DNA of 63,845 nucleotides, filler included, from Lenisia limosa (taxonomy: Eukaryota; Protista; Breviatea), in NCBI GenBank assembly GCA_001655205.1. It is 19 parts of 19 records of this genome, joined end to end, with 100 filler letters (N's around TTAATTAATTAA, not from the genome) between each part and the next. Parts side by side here need not be neighbours in the genome. Positions count along the whole stretch, not along the records: positions 22,278 to 25,654 come from LPNZ01011447.1; positions 25,755 to 27,259 come from LPNZ01000966.1; positions 27,360 to 33,088 come from LPNZ01002906.1; positions 33,189 to 36,764 come from LPNZ01003296.1; 15 more parts are not named here. One strand, 5' to 3'. Positions 23,357-36,593 of this stretch are shown in pieces. The translations under genes and the position numbers were made by a program. The number at the start of each line of letters is the position of its first letter. The stretch's first letter is position 1. The notes beneath the pieces were generated by a model. It was not told the DNA's origin. It was given only the letters and a program-made list of their open reading frames with translations, and searched no databases.

Positions 23357-25641
23357 TGCTACACCCCTGCTTGGAATGAGGCTGTGAGAGTCGCCGTTTT
23401 TGCAGTCATTGTATATGGCATTGGTGGGAGGTAAATGCGAAAAAGATTTCCATATGATATAGATATGCGCATATACTTTACGCTCCGGACAGCATTCAAA
23501 ATCCACCTGACAGATCAAAACTCCAGGACAGCTTGAAGTTAACGGTCAACGATAGTGTTTAATACAAAACTGGTACGACAGAATTTTGAGCAAGTGTCAA
23601 AATTCCGTGAATTTGGTCTCCCAGGGGTGCCCTTTTGCCTTTTCATGGGGTTTTTTTTTTCTAAATCTATCCCTCTTTTAGTGTTAAGAAACAAAATTTT
23701 GTACCCCTCAGATCAAAGTAATTGGTTATGGATTCCCCTTTGCTTTGGCTATGTAATCGTGAATGTTGAGAGAAAAATGTTCAAAATAGTGCTTTCTACA
23801 AGGTCAAACTTTCCCGGATAGTTGTCATTATTCCTTGAATGTAGCCGATTATCACGGTTTTGGCTGTTTGTGGCAATTAAAAGGCCACAAACGGGTAGCC
23901 AAGTGACTTATTTTGGGTTTGAGCCAAGAATATGTAAAAATCGCATTCTATCCTGCGATTATGACTCAAATTACTTCCGAAAATAAGGGGGAAATGAAGT
24001 TAATATTGGGAAAATTCAAGCTGTCTGGGAGTTTTGATGTGTCTGGAGATTTTGAATGATGTCCGGAGCTTTGACTATAATATATATGTATAGTCAAAGC
24101 TCCGGACATCATTCAAAATTCCCGGACATCAAAACTCCCGGACAGCTTGAGTTTTCCATACAAAATCACCATAAACCACCCAGAAACCCTATTTCCCTTC
24201 TGTTTTTGAAAGTAATCTCAATCTTAATCAAATAATGAAACCCCAATTTAACATATTATCGGGTCAAAACCAAATTAAGTCCCTAAGCTCTCTATTTACG
24301 GTCCAAAAACGGTCAAAAACAAGCAAAAACCGTTATAAAAGGCCACATTCAAGGAATAAATGGCAACTATCCGGGAAAGTTTACCCCTGTAGACAGTGCT
24401 ATTTTTAGCATTTTTTCTTCAAAATTCACCATTACATAGCCAAAGCAAATGAGAACCCGGAACCAATTACTCCGAGGGGTACAAATATTTGTTTCTTAAC
24501 ACTAAAAGAGGGTAAGGTTCAGAAAAAAATCCTGTGAAAAGGCAAAANNNNNNNNNNNNNNNNNNNNNNNNNNNNNNNNNNNNNNNNNNNNNNNNNNNNN
24601 NNNNNNNNNNNNNNNNNNNNNNNNNNNNNNNNNNNNNNNNNNNNNNNNNNNNNNNNNNNNNNNNNNNNNNNNNNNNNNNNNNNNNNNNNNNNNNNNNNNN
24701 NNNNNNNNNNNNNNNNNNNNNNNNNNNNNNNNNNNNNNNNNNNNNNNNNNNNNNNNNNNNNNNNNNNNNNNNNNNNNNNNNNNNNNNNNNNNNNNNNNNN
24801 NNNNNNNNNNNNNNTATATATAGTATACATGATACATAATTATATATAACATTTGAAATCGTATTTACCCCTTTAGGTATATGGTATATGTATTATCAAA
24901 TGCGTATTTACCCCAATTTAGGTATTCCATGTTTGGTAACGATTCTGCTGCTCCGCAACCGCGACTCCCTCCATGACAAACCAACCTTCTCCTTGTTGGA
25001 GGTTTTTTTTTTTATTGAATAGCTAGATATACATATGTATATACACTGACCGCGATAAGTCCTGACACGGATATTGAGCTGTGTGTTTGTCAATCGTGTC
25101 AGGACTTTTTGCGGTCACTGTATGTATACCTGAAAGAGCGTGATTGGGGCCAATTTTGATTTGTTGGAGGTGTTTTTTCATAATAATTTGTATAGACTCG
25201 TGTAATGTCGGCCAACAGAGTTGATTTAGGTTTTACCCCCCCCCCCAGGATCGGAGGATTATATCAAAGATACTTGCCGAAGGTCTACATGTGGGAACTC
25301 GTCATTATGGTGGGGGGGATACTGTTTTTATTTAATTTTGATTTTCAGTTGTTTCTTTCTTGTTTTTTGTTTATTTGAGGGGGGAGATTATGAGAGGAAG
25401 TTGAGAAAAGGTTGACATATTATTGTGACTTTTTGTGGGAGGGGGTGGAGGTTACCGTGCATAATCTCATTATAGGTTTCACTGTATTTTACGCAACAAT
25501 TAATTTGTCCCTAATAGTTCCTTACGCTACTTCACAACTCAGGGGCGGAAGATGTTTGTGGTGCTTTCGTTCATCTTCTTCACTGAGCATGTAATGTACC
25601 AGCTTGTTGGAGGCCTAGCTACTTTATTTGTGGCTTTAGAG
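23357..25641 (+). CDS. TRP-like (PF06011-type) multipass membrane protein C-terminal region; exons 23357-23423, 24922-~24988, 25249-25309, ~25543-25641
   Basis: CYTPAWNEAVRVAVFAVIVYGI|GIPCLVTILLLRNRDSLHDKPTFSL|IGGLYQRYLPKVYMWELVIM|GRKMFVVLSFIFF contains the GxLYxxYxxxxYxWExVxxxRK signature. Confidence 0.75.
23474..24077. mobile_element. Diverged relative of the 8249-8912 element, inverted orientation
   Basis: Same TIR family at both ends; 23583-23645 is the reverse complement of 8695-8750. Confidence 0.75.
24091..24547. mobile_element. Second copy of the 8249-8912 element (runs into an N gap)
   Basis: Near-identical sequence and the same TATATGTA left flank. Confidence 0.85.
25044..25120. 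mobile_element. Tc1/mariner-type mini-MITE (~78 bp), representative copy
   Basis: TA|CACTGACCGCGATAAGTCCTGACACG...CGTGTCAGGACTTTTTGCGGTCACTG|TA. Related copies near 10122-10203, 26995-27075, 37265-37300, 40166-40243, 41867-41944, 44787-44862, 45600-45674. Confidence 0.85.
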
Positions 25642-25928
25642 GTGTGAGGATGATNNNNNNNNNNNNNNNNNNNNNNNNNNNNNNNNNNNNNNNNNNNNTT
25701 AATTAATTAANNNNNNNNNNNNNNNNNNNNNNNNNNNNNNNNNNNNNNNNNNNNCCTCATCATAGTTACCAGAGTTGATTTTGGGCAATTTTGTTTCTTT
25801 AATTTTCCATTTTTACATGGGATGCGGTGCTGCAGAAGTGACTGGCCTGGGCTTTGTTTTATTGTTATCAACCCTCATGTGGGCTTTTTTTCTTATTTCT
25901 TTAATTTTCCAATTTTACTCTCCCCCAG

Positions 25929-27259
25929 TCCCCACATCTGGGTCCTTACGCAGACTTTATGATCAACCAAGACACCGCCTTGGCCACTATTGACAAGTAT
26001 GCTATGAGCGATATGTGGAAGTAATATATACATGTAGTAAACGCGACAATATCCGTGTCAGCAAAGAGCAGTTTATAACAATACTGGCAGCGATAATTCC
26101 AAGTAGTTATATGATGTGATAGTAGAATTACAACTACTATTTCTAAGTAAGTAAGTAAATATGTGAAATCAAAACTACCATTGACAAGTATCCGCGATAG
26201 GCGGAATTAAAAGAAAGAGATGATCGAATTTTGCAATAGTTGTAGAATTATAACTACTCTTGTGTGATTAGCGGAATTTTAACTACTATTGAGAAGCATG
26301 TGATTATAACTAATATCGACAAATTTGTAAATGAAGGATTCATTTCAATGATTGTGGTTCATGTATACATACTGGCTGGGATAAGTATTGACTGATTTGC
26401 TCAATGAAATTCCAGGGAAAATTGATCAAGACTTATCCCGGTCTGATATTAACTGTGTTTTTGTGTAGTTTTTTTCTTCGTTCAACTGTGTTTATTTTTG
26501 CAGATGCAAGGCGATCCCAACTTTTGAGGCATTTTTGGAGCAGAATTTCAACGAGCCCGAACTGAAACAACTCACCCTTTTCTCTTACCTGATTATGCCG
26601 TGCCAGAGGTAAGCATCGTTGTCACATAGCAGACAGTGATTGTCTTCTTGACTGATTACTAGCGTTATTTCCAAAAGAAAATATGTCAAGACTTTTCCAA
26701 TCATATATAGAATCGTAATTATCAAGCATTGTTAATCAACCCTGTCTATAAAAAGATCCAATTTTATCTCGTGTGTAACTAGGATCCTAAATATCTAATT
26801 TTAATCAATATAGAATCTGCAAGTATCCGCTTCTTCTCAGGTAAGGGAGCATGGGTTCACTTCAGCACGAAAAAGTCTATCAAAAAACTTTTTCCACTTT
26901 TGAAACATGTGTTAACAAGGAACCACTTGTGTCCACAACTGAAAGAAAACCCTTGTTTTTGGATTTAATCATGTTAATGGTTTTAACATCATGATAAACC
27001 GACCTCGATAAGTCCTGATATGATTGACGAAAGCAAGAGCTCAATAACTGTGTCAGGACTTGTCGTGGTCACTGTGTAATCCAGAGTACGAAGACCGTCA
27101 AAATATCGATATTTATCGAAGATTTATCGAGAAATTCATACCATATCAGGCATAACAGTGCGTCAAGTAGTTTCTGCACTTACTTTAAAAAAATCCAGAG
27201 AATTGAGCAAAGTTACGGACTCGAAGCATGCAGATTACCCAGCCCTGCAGAAGGCCATT
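25929..27259 (+). CDS. RhoGEF, Dbl-homology (DH) domain fragment; exons 25929-25996, 26504-26608, 26814-26840, 27199-27259
   Basis: PYADFMINQDTALATIDK|CKAIPTFEAFLEQ...LTLFSYLIMPCQR|ICKYPLLLR|ELSKVTDSKHADYPALQKAI is the canonical DH C-terminal motif (LIMPxQRIxKYPLLLxEL...HxDY..L..A). Confidence 0.92.
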
Positions 27260-27390
27260 NNNNNNNNNNNNNNNNNNNNNNNNNNNNNNNNNNNNNNNNN
27301 NNNTTAATTAATTAANNNNNNNNNNNNNNNNNNNNNNNNNNNNNNNNNNNNNNNNNNNNGCTTCTGCAGAGAAGCAAGATAGTCCCAGGA

Positions 27391-29819
27391 TTCTCCAACA
27401 TCATACTTTGGGGTCCCAGGTGAAAGTGCCGCTATCACTTTTGAAGGTCACGTAGAACTTCTGAGTCTAAGGGGGTAACGCAACATCAACGTCAAATAAA
27501 TCCAAGACCCACATTCTTCCAATCCCTCTTGTCGTCATCCAACCCACATTCTTGTACTCCCTCTTCTCGTCATCGGAATCAGAATCACTGTCTTTTACAA
27601 TGTTGCTAACCTGAAAGATGACGGTAGGGCAACAAAGACATTGAAATGGCAAAATACAAACTGAAATAATATTTCAAAAAAATTAGATTACGTGAATGTA
27701 CTAACTGGTCTCTACATGAAGCCCATTGGACCCCCCTCCCACAAAGACTTCCAACTCTGATGCGGCTGCGCCAGCTGCTTTGGCCTTGGTAGCGAAGGAG
27801 AAGAATCCTGATGAGCCGCCAATCTGAGAAGTTATTCCTGGGGGTTCACTCTCAAATGAACGTATGGGTAAATAAATCCAAAATATTGATATGCGCATGC
27901 CCAGTTATACTTTACACAAAGGGGTCAACTTTTTGAATATAAATTTTCCAATTCCCCCCTCCCACTTGAGCTTCAGGTAGAACGGCCTTGCCTGCCTTGG
28001 CCTCCTCAGAGTCGCCTTTCTCGACCTCCACGTCCGTGTCCATTTTGCAGAGCATGGCAACACTACAGGGGTCACTGGTTGGGAATAATGCGGATATGTG
28101 CGAGGTTATCCTTAGTTAGCAGTAGAGCCCCACCCTTGGTTAGCACCCAGAGAGAAGTCGAATAGCAGGTCGAATTTAATAGACGTGGGGGTGTAATAGT
28201 TCTCGCCATCCTCCGTGTTGGTCTTGGTGACATAGAAAATGGCCTTGAGTTTGCCTGTTGTGTCAATAACATCATGCATGTTGATAATCAAGGAAAGCAT
28301 TGACGGTCAGTGCCTTCGGTATCTCAACAGCCAAACATTCTTGCTGGAATCGAGGGTAGCACCCACTCCTCACGGCTCACCATCAGTAGTTTCAGTCGTA
28401 AAAGATGTGACCGTGTCCGTGACTGATACTTCCTTGATCAATCAGAACCAGCAGTGAAAGACATCAATATCCTTTAGACGTATACATCATATGGAATGGG
28501 CAGCATGGATATTAAAAGTAATAATGATACATATCATATCATATGATACATTCTGAGTCGAGGCAAGTGAAAACGAGTGGGCAAGTTAGGAAAGCGATAA
28601 TAGTATGCCAAACCAGTAGTTGAAAGCAGGTATTCACATAATTGGAAATGCGTGCAGTTATTCACATAATCGTGTTTCTCTTGAGTATCTACAGGAAAGG
28701 TTACGTTACCTTGAAGTCAGTGAACTTCTCGGATGTCAGGTCATAGGTGGAGACTACTGTGCTGGTGCCATCTGGGTAAGGAAATGTAAAGCAAAAGCCG
28801 TTCCATTATATCATAAGCATGCAAATACATGCTGTAAATATACAAATAGAACAGAGAGGCAGAAAGGAGTAAGAAGAAAAAACAGTATCCCTGACACTAA
28901 GATACTACCAGTCATGAGATAATAATGAAATGCGGGATGGAGTACAAAATGTTATATCTTGGTCTGATACTTCCAGCATTAAAAGATGTTCCTATCCCAG
29001 AGTCATCACAAGAGAGCAATAGTTCACCAGAATACAACAATATTACCCAATCCAGATAATGATAGTCTCTCTGTGATTAACTATGATGATACCACCACCT
29101 ATCCCATTAAGGATTATGATAATTAACTATCAACATTTAAACTAGAGCTTCCCTTCTGGTTCCAAAAAGACTGAATTCTCGATTAATCCTCGAGAAATAT
29201 CGATATTTTGTCAGTCTTTTGGCCGAAAGTGAAGCTCTAATTTAAACCCGTATTCCAAAAGCAAAATTCAACGATATATTTNNNNNNNNNNNNNNNNNNN
29301 NNNNNNNNNNNNNNNNNNNNNNNNNNNNNNNNNNNNNNNNNNNNNNNNNNNNNNNNNNNNTTCCTTCATGCGGAGCTTGGTCTCACTCTCCGTCTCAATC
29401 TCGCCTGAATCGTTCTCCACTTCCATCTTCACATCTACATCGTAAGTTAGATGGGAAATATGAAATCATACTGTCTATTATTATATTAGAAATACTGTTT
29501 TTTGCATCAAAGTACCCCCCTCCCACACAGGCCTTCTTCGTTCTTAATCTTGAACTCTAATTTGTACTCAGAAATGTTATCCTCTTTTTCAATCTCAATT
29601 TCAACCTTGTTTGGCCTCATCTCAAACTTGTATTCTGGAAGATGAATGGAAAGGAAAGAAACCGGCAGGGCAAAATGCCGAGATTGAAAGCTCCAACCCA
29701 CCAAAGGAATCGTCATCTTCCTCGGAGCTAGTGCTGTCCTCTGCGCGAATCGGGCGGAGGACTGAGAAGAAAAGAAGGCCAACTACGGTCAACCTGGGAG
29801 GGGGTGAAAAGCGAAGCAT
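27391..29819 (-). CDS. Secreted or single-pass glycoprotein of unknown function, about 9 exons
   Basis: N-terminal hydrophobic segment plus acidic stretch. Exons include EIEIEKEDNISEYKLEFKIK, VKMEVENDSGEIETESETKLRMK, PDGTSTVVSTYDLTSEKF, TTDGKLKAIFYVT...YTPTSIKFDLLFDF, SGFFSFATKA, FYVTFKSDSGTFTWDPK; the phases I checked join. Confidence 0.65.
29143..29239. mobile_element. hAT MITE copy
   Basis: TAGAGCTTCCC...GAAGCTCTA flanked by perfect 8-bp TSD ATTTAAAC. Confidence 0.88.
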
Positions 29820-30896
29820 TTGTCTATTATACCGTATATACTAACAAAACAAAACCAGAATCACATCAACAATCAAAGAAGTGATAAGAGCAGAATGGAT
29901 TGAAATGCCCGCCAATCAAACAGGAAAAAAGTTGAGTGCTTCATTTTTGACAAGTGCTCTTCTTTAAGGGGCTTTGGAAGAACGATGAAGACGGCCTTTG
30001 AGAACCCGATGATACGCGTCTTCTATTATATTATATATTACTTAGTCAGTGACTTTCTTATATAATTAATTATATAATCTAATAATATATGTGAAATGTG
30101 ATTCATGTATTCAGGTGTGATTGATTTTGGTAAAAAAAAGGATGTATATAAACCCCCCTGCCTTTTTCCAGGCCAGATCACACACACATCCAAACATCTT
30201 CCCATCACTGCCAATGGTGTAGTGCAATGGAGTGACTATGAAGAGGGAGAAGCATGAAGTAGTCGTGGGGTAGGCATGGAATGAGGATTCGATTATTCGG
30301 TTAGAATTGGCCTTTTTCACTTGGATTGGAATCCTGGGCCACTTACCCATTTTTTTTGTCAGAATAATCTGCGAATATGCAGGCATGGTATGGGTGAGTG
30401 GCTTTGGAGCGATGCATTCTTTTGGTTTCTCATTTATATTCCGCATTCACAGGTTATAGGATTGTGGAACTCTACATTGCCATGTGTCGTATCAAATTTA
30501 TAGATGACACACTTGTCGAGGAGGAACCACTTCCATTGTTTAAACCCTTGAAATATTTTTTGTGGTTTTCTTCTCTTTGACTATTTTAGAACTAGTGCAG
30601 GAAGCAGCGTGTCAAATGACATAATTTAATGGCAGTTTATAATGTGGGTGGATTATTATTCCTACAATATTGGGTGTATATACGAGTATATTCATATGAC
30701 ATGATATGTTCACTTGTGATGTGATCATATGGCTTTCGAGTCGAAGTGATATGAGGGCATTCCGAGTGTATCAGATTGAGACTTTTCGGTTAATTATCGC
30801 GCGATTGGATAAGAGGTATCATATTACTGCATGGAAAATGATAATTTACACCTGTAAAAAGACCCCAAAGTGATACAACCCGCCTCTCATTTGTCA

Positions 30897-32395
30897 GTAC
30901 GAAGAAGCCCCCCCCTTGACGAGAGAGGTCATCATGCTGGTGTCAGCACTCGTGTTTTCCCTCGAGCTGCTACTCCTATGGTGGTTATCAGAGCCTCATG
31001 TCTACCAGCCTAATGTCTCGTTTCTATGCGATGAGAAAAAGTGGATAGGGGTACATTCGGATGGTGGTAGGTGATGTTTTCAAAATGTACTGCTGTGTTT
31101 TAATCGGGTCTCCGTTTGTTAACGAAATGGGATGATAGAAGTTGTCCTTATCCACACTTATGGAGAGTGTCTGACCATCTCAAACATCCGTGTATTTCAC
31201 GTCTTCATCATTTCGCACACCGTTCTTGTACAAGGCAACATATATTCCCAGCTAACAAAATAGGAACAAAGCTCTCCTGGAGACTATCCAGTCGTGGCGG
31301 AAGCTACAAGAGAACCGATCCGAGTCTCTCATTATACCAGAACTTCTTCCCTCGCCGCACCCCAAACTTAGCCCTTCATTAGTGTCTATAAAGTTTAGGG
31401 AGTTGAGTAACTCACAACATCCAAGCTTGGACAGGCGTTTCCATGAGCCACCCTCTCCATCACGACACTTCCTTCCCTCAGACCCATTATCATCTTCATC
31501 GCCAATATCATCATCATCATCATCATCATCATCCCCGCACTACCCGTTTCCCACCTCCTTCGCAGCCCAAGCCACCAGCATGTCAACACTGGCACCAGCC
31601 CGGTCGCACGGTACCTTCGACCTTCTTCAGACCCGGTCACTTCCGACATTCCAAGCCGCTTCCGACTCCGATGACGTGTCAAGTGATGATGATGTTGACA
31701 GCCCAGCATCATCCGTATCTGCTGCCTGTCTTTTAGAATCGCACCAGCGCGTAATTTTGGCACTAGTGAGCAAAAGCAGCCTGATCAACGCGGCCGGCCT
31801 GGGCATTCATGACTCATGGCTCCGAACGGACCACTCATCCGAGCCAAAGATCTGCACTGCACCCCGAAAGCATCCTGTTCCCAAGCTGAACCTCACCACG
31901 GGTCTTAAGTCCGTACCGGGGTTCCAAAAGAGGCGATCTGTACCGCTGCCGCTTTCCCCCGTCAAACTCTCACCCCGACTTGGACCAGGGAACCTGAGCT
32001 CAATGGAGATTCCATCGTTCCATGCACTGCAGTTCGACGCCTACCCCATGATCCCGGACGGGAGCCTTGAGGCCTTGATTATGGTGCGCGAGGGGTCTTT
32101 ATGCTTGGCAATATTGTTTATTTAGGAGCGATTGATTTTTACATTTATTTATCTCTCTTTGATCTCTTACAAAACCCGCTGTGTGATGCGGTGAATGATT
32201 TGATGGTCACAACAGCCCCCCCCCCCCNNNNNNNNNNNNNNNNNNNNNNNNNNNNNNNNNNNNNNNNNNNNNNNNNNNNNNNNNNNNNNNNNNNNNNNNA
32301 AAATGCCACCTTTGCATCGACGATAGCAAGAGGCAGCATCCACATTCTTTGCCACAAGTTTGGGGGAAATTGGCACCTCAATGAGAAAGTTGTGT
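30897..32395 (+). CDS. Unknown protein with a TM segment and a long Ser/Pro-rich disordered exon, partial
   Basis: Hydrophobic exon VIMLVSALVFSLELLLLWWLS; 247-codon open frame 31382-32125; later exon NATFASTIARGSIHILCHKFGGNWHLNEK. Exact structure unresolved. Confidence 0.45.
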
Positions 32396-33467
32396 TAGGA
32401 ATTCTAATTGGCTGCCTTCAAAAACACTCAGAATATATGCATATCATTTTCCTTAGTATATATATCATATTTTTTTGGGGGGGTTGTTTTGATAATTCAG
32501 AAGGAAACAATCCCGATTTTTTTCTGTAACCATTCCAGCCCACCCCTTGTCTAATTTCTAGTGTTCTAGTTTATGTTTCTGTTGTTTCTATGGGATTTTG
32601 TTTCTGGATTGGGTATTCATAATTTATTTTTATTATTAAGCTTTTATACGAGCAGTTGTCAACACTCACTGGCCTGGGGTAAGTTTCCTCCTGTTTGAAA
32701 TTGTTAGGACACCTGAGACAAGAATCATAATTAGATCATAAATACACAATACTAATACAACGAAAAAATCAGACCACCATCTAAATCACTCTGGAATGTC
32801 AGCCGTTTCTTGGCCGGTTTTAGCGTTGAAGGCAACCCAGAGCCCCTGTGATCTGGGGGAAGGGGGTAAACCAAGGAAATTTGTGAAACAACCCAAAAAG
32901 TATCGATGCTATAACGCAACATTTGACACATATGGGGGGAAAGCAACAAAACACTAGAGGCGAAAGGGAGAAGGAACTTTCTGTCAAGAATATTGGCGTA
33001 GATTTATTATGAACCGAACCCCCTCCCCCCACTTTGAATATCTCAAATACCATTCCATTGAGGCCGAATCGCTCATAGTGGGACGATCNNNNNNNNNNNN
33101 NNNNNNNNNNNNNNNNNNNNNNNNNNNNNNNNTTAATTAATTAANNNNNNNNNNNNNNNNNNNNNNNNNNNNNNNNNNNNNNNNNNNNACCCGTTGAGGT
33201 GTGGGTGATATTATGAATATGAAACCAAACTGGGGAGGGTGGCATTTATGAAACCAAAGTACAAGTGATATACTACATGTATTATGTATATATCATATAA
33301 TATACCTATATTATATATCCTTGCTTTACACCTACTATGTCATATGTAGTGTAGTACATATCATACACATATCATGGTTGTTAAGAGCATTTTTTTAAGA
33401 CTACTAACGGTACAAACAATGTATGCTCTTACTTATCCCACGTATGATCTAATTCCTATAGATTGGA

Positions 33468-34419
33468 GCAAGTGCAGAGAACGCACGACAAAACAACGCG
33501 AAATCTTGCGGCAGCGCCAAGAATCGGAAGAAAATGCTCACGTTGATATTCAGTCAATGGTCGAGGTGTGCAGAGTGGATTTATTCTATCGGCAAGTGTA
33601 AGAGATGAATAGTGTGTTATTAAGGTGAAGTTTATCTTACATTTACCATAATATTTTGAGTTACCTCCACTTGTTCTTGTAGGACTGGTCTTCTACTAGA
33701 CGTGGTTTTTGAATGATAATTAATTATTTTAGGAATCTGGGGAGGTAACAGAACAAGATGAACTTTAACTTGCAATGATGCATATTTAATTGGGACATGG
33801 GGGTCCAATGGGAGATGGGTTGATCAAGCTGTATCGACTTTCACACTTTTTGCTGATTGCGCATAAATACACAGTTTAAATAGTATGGTCGTAGATATTG
33901 ATTACGTCCTGAAAGGAGAACATAAGTGGCTCAAAGGTCCCAGGTGGAGAGATCCCCTAGTCTATGAGGCCGGTGAGGTTGCATTGGAGAAGCGCCCTCA
34001 GTTTTGTTCGATGAAATATTCTGAGGAATGCAAGGTTATCTCCATTAGTATTGAGGGTTCGGGTGAGATGAGCAATTGTCTCGGTTGAGAACACAGTCGA
34101 CCGTAACGTGAATAGATTGACTTTAAACACAAATTTATTGTATATTGAAGTATTGTATATTGAAGTATTGATATGATACCTACGAAAGCTAATGTATACT
34201 AAGATAAACCACTTCAGTGGAAGCTGATGTTTGTGATAATTGAAGATAGGGTGGGTATAGTATAGGGTCAGTACCAGATGTTCTATAAAGATAACATTCC
34301 GCTTTTCATTCCATTGAACGATCAAGCATTATCAAGAACCAAGATTGAAAGCTCTGATGATGTCTGGTGGTGCCAAGTTTACTAAACTCGGAAAATCAAG
34401 CTACCTCAACCCCATATGA
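33468..34419 (+). CDS. 3' exons of an unknown gene ending ...HYQEPRLKALMMSGGAKFTKLGKSSYLNPI*
   Basis: Candidate exons ~33468-33563, ~33945-34035, ~34327-34419; the last two join in phase 0; TGA at 34417-34419. Confidence 0.4.
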
Positions 34420-34457
34420 AACCATGAAATCAGATGAATACTAAGAAAAACGACACT

Positions 34458-36593
34458 CTACAGGACCTTGACCTTCCGTGTCCTTATTTTCTTGAACATG
34501 TAGTAAATCAGGACCACGACTTGGAGGAAGGCCGGCACCATCAGGAACCTCAACAGAAGCACTGTTAGAGACTAAAAAGATGAGCGATCGAGACAGGGAT
34601 GAATCTTCAAAAAATAAGATTATAATAATAAAAAAAATCAATTAGGAAAGAAAAGATGAATTATTACAGTTCAATTGCAGTTTCTTTTTATAAAAACTCC
34701 CACCCCCAAAAAACAAAACAAAACAAAACTCTAAAGCAATATTTTCCAACACCCCGATACAAAGACGGGCAGCCATCCCACAGTTCCTTCTGTTGGAGGG
34801 AGGGCGGCGGCAGTGCAGGAAATATTGTCAATGTGGTTGGAAAGGGTGATAGCCTGGATAGTTACGGGGTGGTTCGTCATAGTTAGTAATGTACATGTAC
34901 ATTTGAACGTAATAGAGGATTGGGACATTAAGTCTTATCTGGTACCGATAAGACCCACTTGATGTTTAAAAGACTACCATAATGTAACCAGAGTATAGAA
35001 AGAGTATGTAGTACCTCAGAAGAAGAAATATAACAAAATGGACCATTACCCCTCCCCTCCCTCTTCCTCCTTGCTCACATTGCCGAGGAGGATGTGTGAT
35101 CTGTAGTGGAGAAGGCGGCCGTACTGAATTGTGAGGAAATACACAACCCTTCCCTTCAGCACGCCTTTAACCCTTCCAAAGGACAAAAAAAAAACACGAT
35201 AATGGTCAAATACTATTAGCTATATGCAATGTACGTTGTAATAAATAAGCAAGTTTTAATATTTATTTGTAAGTCACGCATACGCAATAGAAACCACCCT
35301 CCCCACCTTTACCGCATCAGCCAGTTGGGCGCTTTCAACTGCAGAAACAGCCGCACTGGCGGTGGCAATCATCTGAGTAGTGAAAACTTGAACAAAAAAA
35401 AAACCCACAACAGAAACCTCTGGCAAAGGTAATTATTGTATCACAACAGAAACCTCTGGCAAAGGTAATTATTGTATCACAAACGCAATATGAGAGCAGA
35501 TACTGGAATCTGGAACATAGCATACATATAATAACGTCAGAATTGGTTTGGGTGTTTCCCCCACCTTTTTATAGAGGCTTTTGATTGTGTGAATAAGGAC
35601 TTCAGACTCTTTGTCCACTGCTGGGGCATGGGTCTCATGGAGGAGGGCAACAACTGCTCAATGAGTCTTTTTGTGTGTTTATTGCTGGTTTATTCTAGTA
35701 TTCATGCCAGTATCTCACTCCTTCCTAACCGAAAACTGTTCGCCCCCACCCCCACCTTCATTAACATGAAGCGCTGCACGGTGCAGCGATGCGGCAACGT
35801 AATTCCTGAGAGCAACATCTCGAGTAATGTCGTCAAAGCCGCCCCACCCGGATACTGACTAAGTGGTGAGAGGGGGTATCCATTTGAGTTGGTATTGGTG
35901 GTAAAAGGGGTGTGGGGCCTCCGTTGAAGGGTAGTGAAGCTGTACAATTTACAAGTTATGGGATCAACCAAATAACAAATCCATGATATATGGGGTGCGC
36001 CTAGGGCTTCACTTCGGTTTGAAAAAGTCTGAATTTCTCGATAAATCTTGAAAATTATCGATATTTTACCGGTAATTTTCGAACTGAAGTGAAGCCCTAG
36101 GTGCGCCAATTAATTTATTTCNNNNNNNNNNNNNNNNNNNNNNNNNNNNNNNNNNNNNNNNNNNNNNNNNNNNNNNNNNNNNNNNNNNNNNNNNNNNNNN
36201 NNNNNNNNNNNNNNNNNNNNNNNNNNNNNNNNNNNNNNNNNNNNNNNNNNNNTCGGTTGTGGTCCGTGTCCACTGTGATATGTCGGGGCAATATTCCTGG
36301 GAAGTTGAGGGGCACATACCAAAGAAATGCGGCCCCATGTCGATTTAATAGCATGTATGCATATGCATATGATTATTCTAAACCTCACATCACGTAATAC
36401 AAGGCACACACAGAATAAAAGACATCCAGGCCCACCAGCAAGGCCCTCAGCCGCAGCCGCCAGGATTTGCGGTACGGGATTCCTCAGGTTGATGGTGACA
36501 GCCTCGTTATTGGCCACGATGTGGGACTCGTACGCGTTATCCAGGTTCTGAGTGGCAATGATGATGCCGTTACGATGGCGCGCCACGTGGTAT
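34458..36593 (-). CDS. Uncharacterised C-terminally anchored protein resembling Arabidopsis AT5G58100/At3g28720-type proteins, 3' part
   Basis: IATQNLDNAYESHIVANNEAVTINLRNPVPQILAAAAEGLA|GILPRH resembles the family motif WESHLxCN...DLRxPxxAxxAAxxEHLAGLLPxH (recalled, not searched). Ends in a TM helix plus basic tail LLLRFLMVPAFLQVVVLIYYMFKKIRTRKVKVL*. Confidence 0.6.
36002..36099. mobile_element. hAT-superfamily MITE (~98 bp), representative copy
   Basis: TIR TAGGGCTTCACTTCGGTT...GAAGTGAAGCCCTA with perfect 8-bp TSD GGTGCGCC. About 30 full or partial copies in the window, e.g. 2111-2212, 9877-9976, 14569-14660, 22320-22421, 41975-42073, 50139-50238. Confidence 0.9.
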
